Part shown: piece after piece, positions 1 to 13,052 of the stretch
Layout of the letters: each line of letters starts with the position of its first letter
Position numbering within the stretch: the stretch's first letter is position 1
Assembly (NCBI GenBank): GCA_039621445.1
Contig: CP154954.1
Coordinates: 26,424,954-26,488,953 of the forward strand
Length of the DNA stretch: 64,000 nt
Origin: Euglena gracilis
Taxonomy: Eukaryota
Reading direction: 5' to 3'
Translations under genes and position numbers: made by a program
The notes under the pieces: model-generated
Databases searched by the model: none
The model's input: only the letters and a program-made list of their open reading frames with translations
What the model was told of the DNA's origin: nothing

Positions 1-2
1 TC

Positions 3-146
3 CGCTATGGGGGCAACATCATCCTCCTCGCACCGGACTGGTCCAAGGTGCTGGCTGCCCTTCAGAGCATCTCCTCGGGCAGCATGACCCTGCCACGGTG
101 CCCTATCTACCGGCACTGCTCCCGGCCCCGGTCTGGGCAACTGTAG
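3..146 (+). pseudogene. C-terminal part of a Dam-like N6-adenine methyltransferase domain in retrotransposon copy 1
   Basis: The frame from nt 3 reads RYGGNIILLAPDWSKVLAALQSISSGSMTLPRCP. This aligns by eye with LTEGGHLFLVCP...LTRVHGRLTLRCA, which follows the NPPF motif in copy 2, and with the 'LILIAPxW' strand of DIRS-type MTases. The NPPF motif itself would lie upstream of the window. Confidence 0.6.
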
Positions 147-655
147 CCCTGCGGATACACCACCCAGGCCACCCTCCACTGAGCAGTGCCCCGGGGCCAG
201 TGAGGCCCGTCTCCCGCGCAAGCTACTCGGAGCGTCCGCCTCGTGCCTCGTACACACCATATCCGCTCGCGCCACTTCTCTCCCTGGGGCAGCACCGCCT
301 CATCAGCAAGCGAACCGCCTTACACGGCGGCGAAACATTCCACCTGGGGGACTACGCGGGCCGGACTTTCCTGATCTACCACGACGCCCTCTGGGACATC
401 CGGGGTACCTCCCCCCACTGGTGCCAATGCTGTGGACTGTGGCAATGGCCATGGGACTGTCCCACGCTACTTCCCCAACACTTTGCCGCACCCAAAACAC
501 CACTTCTCCGGCCTGCCTTCCGGCTGAACCCCACCCCACACTCCTTCCTTGACGCCGTACAAGCACCACCAGCTGAGACAGCGCCGGCTCATCCGTCACC
601 AAAAAACGACCGTCGTAGTCCGTCACTAGGCGGTGCCTACACCTTGGGGACCAAC

Positions 656-709
656 CGTGGACGGGGTAGCCTCCTCACCTGTGGGGATGTGGAGGGGAAC
701 CCTGGGCCA
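656..709 (+). other. 2A (StopGo) ribosome-skipping peptide RGRGSLLTCGDVEGNPG|P
   Basis: Exact D(V/I)ExNPGP motif, in frame in ORF 98-1306; 16/18 identical to T2A (EGRGSLLTCGDVEENPGP). Confidence 0.9.
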
Positions 710-1277
710 GCCAAGCGCCCAGCACCGCCATCCCCCCGCGGAGCGCCAACCGAAACTGAGGCCAGAGAACATGACAACCTTTTCCTGGACCTCGCTCACC
801 CGGAACGTGACGCGGCGATGGTCATCGACGGCGCCAGCCAGGAGTCCAATCTCCGAGGACAGCATGCGCACAGTCTGGTGGTTGGCGCTCCCCCCTGCGA
901 CATAACCCACCTTCTCCAACAGAGAATTCCGACCCTCCTCCACCTGCCCTCGGCCTGCCAACAACCTGTCTTTGACACCATGGCAGACGCCATTACGGCA
1001 TATGTACGAGCACCCACGGACGCGGCATTGTTCGCCGTGCTCTCCTTCCCCAAGCTTGTCCTCCGCCCTGCATCAACAACCAAACCACCGCCACCAGCAG
1101 AACTGGAGTCCATCCTGCTGCGACGCGCCAGACTATTCCGCGAAGGGGATTACGCTACCCTGCTGACAGAGGCCCAAAAGGACACCCAGACACGACACTC
1201 CATTGGGGAAACCAGGGCAGAAAAACGCTCCAGGACACAGCCCACCGCCCTCAGTGAAGCAATGACGAGACGCGTAC

Positions 1278-3110
1278 CTCCCCCCATGGAATCTCGACTG
1301 GCATGAATGTCGACAAGTAATTTCTCGGCCAATAAAATGCCGACAGCCGGCTCCGGTCGAACAGACTTTTGTCGAAGGTTGGTTTTTGGCATGAGTTTCC
1401 CCATAGGTCGCCGCGCTGCTTCCCGCCAGTAAATATGTAACTTACCTGTCCCGACGAGGCTTCTTTTTAAGGTGCAGAGTCTCCCGGGGGGTGGGTCCGG
1501 GCCGGACCCCCCCCCCCGGGGGTGTTCCCCCCGTGACCCACCCGTGACCCCCCCCGTGACCCCCCCGTGACCCGAACAAGGACCCTTTTCGGCGAAATTT
1601 TGTAGGGAAAATTTTTGGCCGGTGATGCCCAATTTGATAAAATTCTCATGCAGATTCCTAATTTTGAGGTGTAAAATTTGCAAATTTGGGCTTGGTGATT
1701 CCTAATTTTGTGTCAAATTCCTAATTTCAGGTGTGGAGATTCCTAATTTGTGGAATTTTTCCACAAAAATTCCGGCTCGGTGATTCCTAATTTTGCCACC
1801 AAAAATGTGGTGTTCCCCCCGTGTCCCCCCCCCGTGACCCCCCCGTGACCCTCCCCGTGACCCGAACCACCCCCCCCCCGGGCGCCGGAGGCGCTGGGTA
1901 TACCTTTTCCGCGCGAAGCGCCGAAAAATTTTGGAAATTGCCTTTAATGGGCCCATTTTTGGGGGGTCCCCGCCCCCCGGGGGGGGTCCAGCCACCCTGC
2001 GTGGATGGGGCCCGGTCCCCCCCCCCGGGGGTCTTAAAAAGAAGCCTGGTCCCGATGACACGACAGAATTGGCCCGAAGTTGTTTGACCCGTGGGCAAAA
2101 AAATCCTCCAAAACTGTGGCACCCGGCTGCCCCCCCGTGGCCAGAAATTGGACCAAAAATGTGAGACCGGTGGCCCCACCCGTGGCCAAAAAAAAAGGCC
2201 CACTGTCCCCAAAGCTGGCGACCAATCTGCCACAACACCCATTCCCCCCCCCCCCCGTTGCCCAAAACAGCCCCACCCGCAGACCCAAAAAGGCCCCCCA
2301 AAACAGGCCAGATGGCACATTGACTCAAAAAAACCCTGATTGCAGATCCAACATGTCACATCCTGGGGCCATACTATTGAGAATCACGAAGCCCCAGAAA
2401 ACACCCTTGCAAACAAAACATATTAAAAAACTTTTGGTTTTCAAGCACAGCAACAGAAAATACAAATACAAGCGATTTCCTGGTCGTATTCCCAACATGG
2501 AGCAGTTTGGCGCGGACATGCTCAGGTCCAGATTAGTAACAAACTCATTCCAATAAGTTCATTTCAGCTCAAGCCACCTGTGTACATGGTCTCAGCACCA
2601 TATTCTTGAGCTTTGCGTGATCATCTGCAACAGCTCCGCACCAACTTCTGCACGATAGACTTCAGAAAATATTCTTGCCTGTGCTCTGCAGCAGAGAAGG
2701 AGGAACTCCCTGACATCATAGTTTGGCAAACCTTTGTCATCATGAGAGCTTGATGCCGAGAGAAACCAGTCAACTCAATAGCCCCTCTCAGCCACTTCTG
2801 CCATCCAGTCTTGTAACTCATCACAGCATCAAACATCCTATTGTGACCAAGATTTCCTGACCACAAACTTGTCCATTCCTCTGAAGACAAAGTTCAGGAT
2901 GTGAAAACATGTGTGGTTGAGTACCTTTGGCTACGGCCAGTCCAATTAGTAATATCCCGCCGCGTTCCCAGTCGCGGTCATCTGTACCAAAGATGTGAAT
3001 ACTTATTTCGAATACTGTGCGAGCTCGAACAGAGAAATATCGACAAGAGAGTGGTTCGGCTTTAGAATTTCTCGAGTTTAGTACGGTCTACATTTGGATA
3101 CCCCTGGTAC
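1278..3110. mobile_element. 1.8-kb composite insertion interrupting retrotransposon copy 1
   Basis: GTAC at 1274-1277 and 3107-3110; removal restores the frame. No TIRs were recognised at the outer ends. Confidence 0.75.
1456..2048. mobile_element. hAT-type MITE
   Basis: TIRs GAGGCTTCTTTTTAAG / CTTAAAAAGAAGCCTG (15/16). 8-bp TSD GTCCCGAC (1448-1455) / GTCCCGAT (2049-2056). The interior resembles 22240-22560. Confidence 0.8.
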
Positions 3111-3325
3111 GCAGCCTCACCGCAGAGGGGGCTTCTGCAAAGGCTGTTCAGATTCTGCTGTCCGAGGGTGCGCACCAACCGGACGACCCAGAGGTCTGGG
3201 GCGCCCTGGAAAAGCCACACCCTGTCGGCAGGAATGTTGACACCAATCGCCTGCCGCGTCACGTCCGCCCTTTCCACGAGAACCACACCCCTAACTGGGA
3301 GGACCGACTGAAGGAAGCCATCCGT

Positions 3326-6300
3326 GGCTCCCGGATCTGGCCTGGAGGGGGGGGGTAGTGGGGGTCGACCATGGTCGACCCACGGTCGCCTCGGTCGCCC
3401 TCGGTCGCTCTCGGTCGGGGGGGGGGGGGGGTTAGGGGGGGGGGGCCACCGAGGCGACCCTGGGGGACGACCGAGGGCGACCATGGTTGACCCCCACCCC
3501 ACGACGGGAAACCCCCCCTTTTGAAGGACGACCATGGCCGACCCCCACCCCACGACGGGAAACCCCCCCTGGAACGGGGGCGACCATGGTCGACCCCCAC
3601 CCCACGACGGGAAAACCCCCCTGGGGGGGGGGGAGGAACCTCGAAATCCCCTGTGTTGCCGAACCGTTTTGGAAGCCAATCCCTTTTGTTGCTCAACTGT
3701 TCCAGGGCCCCAAAATAACAAAATCCCCTGTGTTGCCGAACCGTTTTGGAAGCCAATCCCTTTTGTTGCGCAACTGTTCCAGGGCCCCAAAATAACAAAA
3801 ATCCCCTGTGCTGCCGAACCGTTTTGGAAGCCAATCCCTTTTGTTGCTCAACTGTGCCAGGGCCCCAAAATAACAACATCCCCTGTGCTGCCGAACCGTT
3901 TTGGAAGCGAATCCCTTTTGTTGCTCAACTGTCCCAGGGCCCCAAAATAACAAAAATCCCTTGTGCTGCCGAACCGTTGTGGAAGCCAATCCCTTTTGCT
4001 GCTCAACTGTCCCAGGGCCCCAAAATAACAAAAATCCCCTGTGCGGCCGAACCGTTTTGGAAGCCAATCCCTTTTGTTGCTCAACTGTTCCAGGGCCCCA
4101 AAATAACAACATCCCCTGTGCTGCCGAACCGTTTTGGAAGCCAATCCCTTTTGTTGCTGAACTGTCCCAGGGCCCCAAAATAACAACATCCCCTGTGCTG
4201 CCGAACCGTTTTGGAAGCGAATCCCTTTTGTTGCTTAACTGTCCCAGGGCCCCAAAATAACAAAAATCCCTTGTGCTGCCGAACCGTTGTGGAAGCCAAT
4301 CCCTTTTGCTGCTCAACTGTCCCAGGGCCCCAAAATAACAAAAATCCCCTGTGCGGCCGAACCGTTTTGGAAGCCAATCCCTTTTGTTGCTCAACTGTTC
4401 CAGGGCCCCAAAATAACAACATCCCCTGTGCTGCCGAACCGTTTTGGAAGCCAATCCCTTTTGTTGCTCAACTGTTCCAGGGCCCCAAAATAACAAAATC
4501 TCTTGTGCTGCCGAACCGTTTTGGAAGCCAATCCCTTTTGTTGCTCAACTTTCCCAGGGCCCCAAAATAACAAAATCCCCTGTGCTGCCGAACCGTTTTG
4601 GAAGCGAATCCCTTTTGTTGCTCAACTGTGCCAGGGCCCCAAAATAACAACATCCCCTGTGCTGCCGAACCGTTGTGGAAGCGAATCCCTTTTGTTGCTC
4701 AACTGTCCGAGGGCCCCAAAATAACAAAATCCCCTGTGCTGCCGAACCGTTTTGGAAGCCAATCCCTTTTGTTGCTCAACTGTTCCAGGGCCCCAAAATA
4801 ACAAAATCCCCTGTGCTGCCGAACCGTTTTGGAAGCGAATCCCTTTTGTTGCTCAACTGTGCCAGGGCCCCAAAATAACAACATCCCTTGTGCTGCCGAA
4901 CCGTTTTGGAAGCCAATCCCTTTTGTTGCTCAACTGTCCCAGGGCCCCAAAATAACAAAAACCCCTGTGCTGCCGAACCGTTTGGGAAGCCAATCCCTTT
5001 TGTTGCTCAACTGTCCCAGGGCCCCAAAATAACAAAATCCCCTGTGCTGCCGAACCGTTTTGGAAGCCAATCCCTTTTGTTGCTCAACTGTTCCAGGGCC
5101 ACAAAATAGCAAAATCCCCTGTGCTGCCGAACCGTTTTGGAAGCCAATCCCTTTTGTTGCTCAACTGTTCCAGGGCCCCAAAATAACAAAATCCCCTGTG
5201 CTGCCGAACCGTTTTGGAAGCCAATCCCTTTTGATGCTCAACTGTTCTAGGGCCCCAAAATAACAAAATCCCCTGTGCTGCCGAACCGTTTTGGAAGCCA
5301 ATCCCTTTTGTTGCTCAACTGTCCCAAGGCCCCAAAATAACAACATCCCCTGTGCTGCCGAACCGTTTGGGAAGCCAATCCCTTTTGTTGCTCAACTGTC
5401 CCAGGGCCCCAAAATAACAAAATCCCCTGTGCTGCCGAACCGTTTTGGAAGCCAATCCCTTTTGTTGCTCAACTGTTCCAGGGCCCCAAAATAACAAAAT
5501 CCCCTGTGCTGCCGAACCGTTTTGGAAGCGAATCCCTTTTGTTGCTCAACTGTCCCAGGGCCCCAAAATAACAACATCCCTTGTGCTGCCGAACCGTTTT
5601 GGAAGCCAATCCCTTTGTTGCTCAACTGTCCCAGGGCCCCAAAATAACAAAAACCCCTGTGCTGCCGAACCGTTTGGGAAGCCAATCCCTTTTGTTGCTC
5701 AACTGTCCCAGGGCCCCAAAATAACAAAAACCCCTGTGCTGCCGAACCGTTTGGGAAGCCAATCCCTTTTGTTGCTCAACTGTTCCAGGGCCACAAAATA
5801 GCAAAATCCCCTGTGCTGCCGAACCGTTTTGGAAGCCAATCCCTTTTGTTGCTCAACTGTTCCAGGGCCCCAAAATAACAAAATCTCTTGTGCTGCCGAA
5901 CCGTTTTGGAAGCCAATCCCTTTTGTTGCTCAACTTTCCCAGGGCCCCAAAATAACAAAATCCCCTGTGCTGCCGAACCGTTTTGGAAGCGAATCCCTTT
6001 TGTTGCTCAACTGTGCCAGGGCCCCAAAATAACAACATCCCCTGTGCTGCCGAACCGTTGTGGAAGCGAATCCCTTTTGTTGCTCAACTGTCCCAGGGCC
6101 CCAAAATAACAAAATCCCCTGTGCTGCCGAACCGTTTTGGAAGCCAATCCCTTTTGTTGCTCAACTGTGCCAGGGCCCCAAAATAACAACATCCCTTGTG
6201 CTGCCGAACCGTTTTGGAAGCCAATCCCTTTTGTTGCTCAACTGTCCCAGGGCCCCAAAATAACAAAAACCCCTGTGCTGCCGAACCGTTTGGGAAGCCA

Positions 6301-9300
6301 ATCCCTTTTGTTGCTCAACTGTCCCAGGGCCCCAAAATAACAAAATCCCCTGTGCTGCCGAACCGTTTTGGAAGCCAATCCCTTTTGTTGCTCAACTGTT
6401 CCAGGGCCCCAAAATAACAAAATCCCCTGTGCTGCCGAACCGTTTTGGAAGCGAATCCCTTTTGTTGCTCAACCGTCCCAGGGCCCCAAAATAACAACAT
6501 CCCTTGTGCTGCCGAACCGTTTTGGAAGCCAATCCCTTTTGTTGCTCAACTGTCCCAGGGCCCCAAAATAACAAAAACCCCTGTGCTGCCGAACCGTTTG
6601 GGAAGCCAATCCCTTTTGTTGCTCAACTGTCCCAGGGCCCCAAAATAACAAAAACCCCTGTGCTGCCGAACCGTTTGGGAAGCCAATCCCTTTTGTTGCT
6701 CAACTGTTCCAGGGCCACAAAATAGCAAAATCCCCTGTGCCGCCGAACCGTTTTGGAAGCCAATCCCTTTTGTTGCTCAACTGTTCCAGGGCCCCAAAAT
6801 AACAAAATCTCTTGTGCTGCCGAACCGTTTTGGAAGCCAATCCCTTTTGTTGCTCAACTTTCCCAGGGCCCCAAAATAACAAAATCCCCTGTGCTGCCGA
6901 ACCGTTTTGGAAGCGAATCCCTTTTGTTGCTCAAATGTGCCAGGGCCCCAAAATAACAACATCCCCTGTGCTGCCGAACCGTTGTGGAAGCGAATCCCTT
7001 TTGTTGCTCAACTGTCCCAGGGCCCCAAAATAACAAAATCCCCTGTGCTGCCGAACCGTTTTGGAAGCGAATCCCTTTTGTTGCTCAACTGTGCCAGGGC
7101 CCCAAAATAACAACATCCCTTGTGCTGCCGAACCGTTTTGGAAGCCAATCCCTTTTGTTGCTCAACTGTCCCAGGGCCCCAAAATAACAACATCCCCTGT
7201 GCTGCCGAACCGTTTTGGAAGCCAATCCCTTTTGATGCTCAACTGTTCCAGGGCCCCAAAATAACAAAATCCCCTGTGCTGCCGAACCGTTTTGGAAGCC
7301 AATCCCTTTTGTTGCTCAACTGTCCCAGGGCCACAAAATAGCAAAATCCCCTGTGCTGCCGAACCGTTTTGGAAGCCAATCCCTTTTGTTGCTCAACTGT
7401 TCCAGGGCCCCAAAATAACAAAATCCCCTGTGCTGCCGAACCGTTTTGGAAGCCAATCCCTTTTGATGCTCAACTGTTCCAGGGCCCCAAAATAACAAAA
7501 TCCCCTGTGCTGCCGAACCGTTTTGGAAGCCAATCCCTTTTGTTGCTCAACTGTCCCAGGGCCCCAAAATAACAAAAACCCCTGTGCTGCCGAACCGTTT
7601 GGGAAGCCAATCCCTTTTGTTGCTCAACTGTCCCAGGGCCCCAAAATAACAAAATCCCCTGTGCTGCCGAACCGTTTTGGAAGCCAATCCCTTTTGTTGC
7701 TCAACTGTTCCAGGGCCACAAAATAGCAAAATCCCCTGTGCTGCCGAACCGTTTTGGAAGCCAATCCCTTTTGTTGCTCAACTGTTCCAGGGCCCCAAAA
7801 TAACAAAATCTCTTGTGCTGCCGAACCGTTTTGGAAGCCAATCCCTTTTGATGCTCAACTATTCCAGGGCCCCAAAATAACAAAATCTCTTGTGCTGCCG
7901 AACCGTTTTGGAAGCCAATCCCTTTTGTTGCTCAACTGTCCCAGGGCCCCAAAATAACAAAAACCCCTGTGCTGCCGAACCGTTTGGGAAGCCAATCCCT
8001 TTTGTTGCTCAACTGTCCCAGGGCCCCAAAATAACAAAATCCCCTGTGCTGCCGAACCATTTTGGAAGCCAATCCCTTTTGTTGCTCAACTGTTCCAGGG
8101 CCACAAAATAGCAAAATCCCCTGTGCTGCCGAAACGTTTTGGAAGCCAATCCCTTTTGTTGCTCAACTGTCCCAGGGCCCCAAAATAACAAAATCTCTTG
8201 TGCTGCCGAACCGTTTTGGAAGCCAATCCCTTTTGATGCTCAACTGTTCCAGGGCCCCAAAATAACAAAATCTCTTGTGCTGCCGAACCGTTTTGGAAGC
8301 CAATCCCTTTTGTTGCTCAACTGTTCCAGGGCCCCAAAATAACAAAATCTCTTGTGCTGCCGAACCGTTTTGGAAGCCAATCCCTTTTGTTGCTCAACTG
8401 TCCCAGGGCCCCAAAATAACAAAATCCCCTGTGCTGCCGAACCGTTTTGGAAGCGAATCCCTTTTGTTGCTCAACTGTGCCAGGGCCCCAAAATAACAAC
8501 ATCCCCTGTGCTGCCGAACCGTTGTGGAAGCGAATCCCTTTTGTTGCTCAACTGTCCCAGGGCCCCAAAATAATAAAAATCCCTTGTGCTGCCGAACCGT
8601 TGTGGAAGCCAATCCCTTTTGCTGCTCAACTGTCCCAGGGCCCCAAAATAACAACAATCCCCTGTGCTGCCGAACCGTTTTGGAAGCCAATCCCTTTTGT
8701 TGCTCAACTGTTCCAGGGCCCCAAAATAACAAAATCCCCTGTGCTGCCGAACCGTTTTGGAAGCCAATCCCTTTTGTTGCTCAACTGTTCCAGGGCCCCA
8801 AAATAACAAAATCCCCTGTGCTGCCGAACCGTTTTGGAAGCGAATCCCTTTTGTTGCTCAACTGTCCCAGGGCCCCAAAATAACAACATCCCTTGTGCTG
8901 CCGAACCGTTTTGGAAGCCAATCCCTTTTGTTGCTCAACTGTCCCAGGGCCCCAAAATAACAAAAACCCCTGTGCTGCCGAACCGTTTGGGAAGCCAATC
9001 CCTTTTGTTGCTCAACTGTCCCAGGGCCCCAAAATAACAAAATCCCCTGTGCTGCCGAACCGTTTTGGAAGCGAATCCCTTTTGTTGCTCAACTGTTCCA
9101 GGGCCACAAAATAGCAAAATCCCCTGTGCTGCCGAACCGTTTTGGAAGCCAATCCCTTTTGTTGCTCAACTGTTCCAGGGCCCCAAAATAACAAAATCCC
9201 CTGTGCTGCCGAACCGTTTTGGAGGCCAATCCCTTTTGATGCTCAACTGTTCCAGGGCCCCAAAATAACAAAATCCCCTGTGCTGCCGAACCGTTTTGGA

Positions 9301-11588
9301 AGCCAATCCCTTTTGATGCTCAACTGTGCCAGGGCCCCAAAATAACAAAATCTCTTGTGCTGCCGAACCGTTTTGGAAGCCAATCCCTTTTGTTGCTCAA
9401 CTGTACCAGGGCCCCAAAATAACAAAATCCCTTGTGCTGCCGAACCGTTTGGGAAGCGAATCCCTTTTGTTGCTCAACTGTCCCAGGGCCCCAAAATATC
9501 AAAATCCCCTGTGCTGCCGAACCGTTTTGGAAGCCAATCCCTTTTGTTGCTCAACTGTCCGAGGGCCCCAAAATATCAAAATCCCTTGTGCTGCCGAACC
9601 GTTGTGGAAGCCAATCCCTTTTGTTGCTCAACTGTCCCAGGGCCCCAAAATAACAAAATCCCCTGTGCTGCCGAACCGTTTTGGAAACCAATCCCTTTTG
9701 TTGCTCAACTGTTCCAGGGCCACAAAATAGCAAAATCCCCTGTGCTGCCGAACCGTTTTGGAAGCCAATCCCTTTTGTTGCTCAACTGTTCCAGGGCCCC
9801 AAAATAACAAAATCTCTTGTGCTGCCGAACCGTTTTGGAAGCCAATCCCTTTTGATGCTCAACTGTTCCAGGGCCCCAAAATAACAAAATCTCTTGTGCT
9901 GCCGAACCGTTTTGGAAGCCAATCCCTTTTGTTGCTCAACTGTCCCAGGGCCCCAAAATAACAAAATCCCCTGTGCTGCCGAACCGTTTTGGAAGCGAAT
10001 CCCTTTTGTTGCTCAACTGTGCCAGGGCCCCAAAATAACAACATCCCCTGTGCTGCCGAACCGTTTTGGAAGCGAATCCCTTTTGTTGCTCAACTGTCCC
10101 AGGGCCCCAAAATAATAAAAAGCCCTTGTGCTGCCGAACCGTTGTGGAAGCCAATCCCTTTTGCTCCTCAACTGTCCCAGGGCCCCAAAATAACAACAAT
10201 CCCCTGTGCTGCCGAACCGTTTTGGAAGCCAATCCCTTTTGTTGCTGAACTGTCCCAGGGCCCCAAAATAACAAAATCGCCTGTGCCGCCGAACCGTTTT
10301 GGAAGCCAATCCCTTTTGTTGCTCAACTGTTCCAGGGCCCCAAAATAACAAAATCCCCTGTGCTGCCGAACCGTTTTGGAAGCGAATCCCTTTTGTTGCT
10401 CAACTGTGCCAGGGGCCCAAAATAACAACATCCCTTGTGCTGCCGAACCGTTTTGGAAGCCAATCCCTTTTGTTGCTCAACTGTCCCAGGGCCCCAAAAT
10501 AACAAAAACCCCTGTGCTGCCGAACCGTTTGGGAAGCCAATCCCTTTTGTTGCTCAACTGTCCCAGGGCCCCAAAATAACAAAATCCCCTGTGCTGCCGA
10601 ACCGTTTTGGAAGCCAATCCCTTTTGTTGCTCAACTGTTCCAGGGCCCCAAAATAACAAAATCCCCTGTGCTGCCGAACCGTTTTGGAAGCGAATCCCTT
10701 TTGTTGCTCAACTGTGCCAGGGCCCCAAAATAACAACATCCCTTGTGCTGCCGAACCGTTTTGGAAGCCAATCCCTTTTGTTGCTCAACTGTCCCAGGGC
10801 CCCAAAATAACAAAATCCCCTGTGCTGCCGAACAGTTTTGGAAGCGAATCCCTTTTGTTGCTCAACTGTGCCAGGGCCCCAAAATAACAACATCCCTTGT
10901 GCTGCCGAACCGTTTTGGAAGCCAATCCCTTTTGTTGCTCAACTGTCCCAGGGCCCCAAAATAACAAAATCCCTTGTGCTGCCGAACCGTTTGGGAAGCG
11001 AATCCCTTTTGTTGCTCAACTGTCCCAGGGCCCCAAAATAATAAAAATCCCCTGTGCTGCCGAACCGTTTTGGAAGCCAATCCCTTTTGTTGCTCAACTG
11101 TTCCAGGGCCCCAAAATATCAAAATCCCTTGTGCTGCCGAACCGTTGTGGAAGCCAATCCCTTTTGTTGCTCAACTGTTCCAGGGCCCCAAAATATCAGA
11201 GTCCCCTTCGAAATGGGGGGGGGGTTCCCGTCGTGGGGTGGGGGTCGACCATGGTCGCCCCCCGACCAAGGGGGGTTTCCCGTCGTGGGGTGGGGGTCGA
11301 CCATGGTCGTCCTTCAAAAGGGGGGGTTTCCCGTCGTGGGGTGGGGGTCGACCATGGTCGCCCCTGAAAGGGGGGGGGGTTTCCGTCGTGGGGTGGGGGT
11401 CGACCATGGTCGCCCATGAATGGGGAGGGTTTCCCGTCGTGGGGTGGGGGTCGACCATGGTCGCCCTCGGTCGACCCCCACGACCGAATACGGCCTGGCC
11501 TCGGTCGACCCCCACGACCGAGGGCGACCGTGGGTGGACCATGGTCGACCCCCACTACCCCCCCCCCCCCAGGATGTAGCTACCCCTC
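3326..11588. mobile_element. Non-autonomous DNA transposon (Mutator-like by TSD length) carrying a satellite array
   Basis: Perfect 9-bp TSD GCCATCCGT (3317-3325, 11589-11597). Inverted repeats start at CCTGG (3341) and end at CCAGG (11573). Subterminal repeats GACCATGGTCGACCCCCACCCCACGACGGGAAACCC are direct on the left and inverted on the right. No transposase ORF. Confidence 0.85.
3644..11198. repeat. 77-bp tandem satellite, about 98 copies
   Basis: Unit AAATCCCCTGTGCTGCCGAACCGTTTTGGAAGCCAATCCCTTTTGTTGCTCAACTGTCCCAGGGCCCCAAAATAACA with a few recurring variant sites. ORF calls recur every 77 nt. Confidence 0.97.
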
Positions 11589-13052
11589 GCCATCCGTCGC
11601 TTCCCACGGCCATCGGCGCCGGGGCCATCTGGGTTGCGACCAAGCCACCTCCAAGACTGCCTGCGGAGACCAGGTCGAGGAGCAAGGCTGATCACTGCCC
11701 TCGCACTCCTGATTCGAGTCTGGGTGGACGGCCAGCTACCGCCCCACCACCAGGCTTCCCTGCCCTTGTCAAGTGGCGGCTACGGCCTCCGCATCCCAAC
11801 CTTCACACAGCCTGCGGCCAGGATTTCCTGCCTTGCAGACTTCTACTCCGATGGGGCACGACGGGTTGGCGTTCCCGGCTACGCAACCTCCCCACAGCCC
11901 TCCCTCATTACGCCTGTCCTGGACGACCTCAGGGGCAGGCTAGGGGCCAATCACGCCACGGTCACCACCTTCCTCAGCAACCCTCAACGTATCGCGTCTG
12001 CGGACTCAGAACCCCGGAAACAGAAATGGTGGAATCACGAGCTGGGCAACAAGACGATGGATGACCTGGTGGACCAGGCTCGTCCCCGGGACCAGAACCG
12101 CCTCCTCGAACAGGCCACAGGCTTCGGACATGGTTGGATGGCAGCAACCCCCTCCAACAACTCCCACACCACTTTCTCCAGCGAAGAGTACACCTTGGGG
12201 TTGAAGTGGTGGCTAGGTCTCCCGGTGCTGAACGACGTCAGCCAACCATGCACGGGATGCAACCAGCCCCTGGACAAGGAAGGTGACCACCTCCTTTGCT
12301 GTCGCAGGAATAACTTCGCCACCCGCCACAACGCTGTTCAGGACGCACTGTTCCAAACCTTGTCCAACAGCGGACAGCGGGTACAGAAGGAGGTTTCCCT
12401 GCCAACGGCCCAAGATAGCCACCTCCGCCCGGCCGACCTCCTCCTAGACTGTTGGTCTGACGGGAAGCCGACAGCGCTGGATGTCACCGTCTGCCACGGA
12501 TGGCAGGCGACTGAACACACTGCCACCCGCGAACGGTGGAGATCCTTCCTGAAGAGAAGGGAGGAGGCCAAAAAGCAGAAGTACAACATCCCATGCCAGC
12601 AAGCAGGCTAGGGCTTCACGCCCTTCGCCCTGGGAACGTGGGGGGGCATGGGGCCCGAGACAGCCAAAACCCTCAGCCGGGTGGCGAAACGCGCCTCGTC
12701 CTGGCAACAGGGGGCGGAACGAGAATTAAAGGAGGCGGAGATTTACCAGAATGTCGCAATCGCCCTATTACGCGAAGTCTTCCATCTCTTGCAACCCAAG
12801 CACATTCTCCGTTAAAAAAAAAACCAACAACACACACACACACAACCACGACCCACCGCCACTCTCCCCGTCAAGCCACATACCGCCGCCCTGCCCCCGA
12901 CCCCGCTACACTCCAGCACTGCCGTTCCCCTCAGCTCCCCGCTCCCCCTCGCCCCTCTACCCTCGCACAACGTATTGAAGGTGGGCCTAGCCCATTTTCC
13001 GCCCGCCGTCCTATACCCCAGCTGTAAATTATCGTAACCGCCTGCGGACCTA

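Noticed and set aside
656-709. Vector (T2A) contamination
   Set aside because: It has two residue differences, no vector context, sits in frame in a native element, and has a diverged homolog at 14260.
3644-11198. CRISPR array or repeat-protein gene
   Set aside because: The whole 77-bp unit repeats with no unique spacers and no cas genes; the unit length is not a multiple of 3, so the ORFs are artefacts.
3644-11198. Trypanosomatid Pr77/HDV-ribozyme signature (also 77 nt)
   Set aside because: Only the length matches; I see no sequence or fold similarity.
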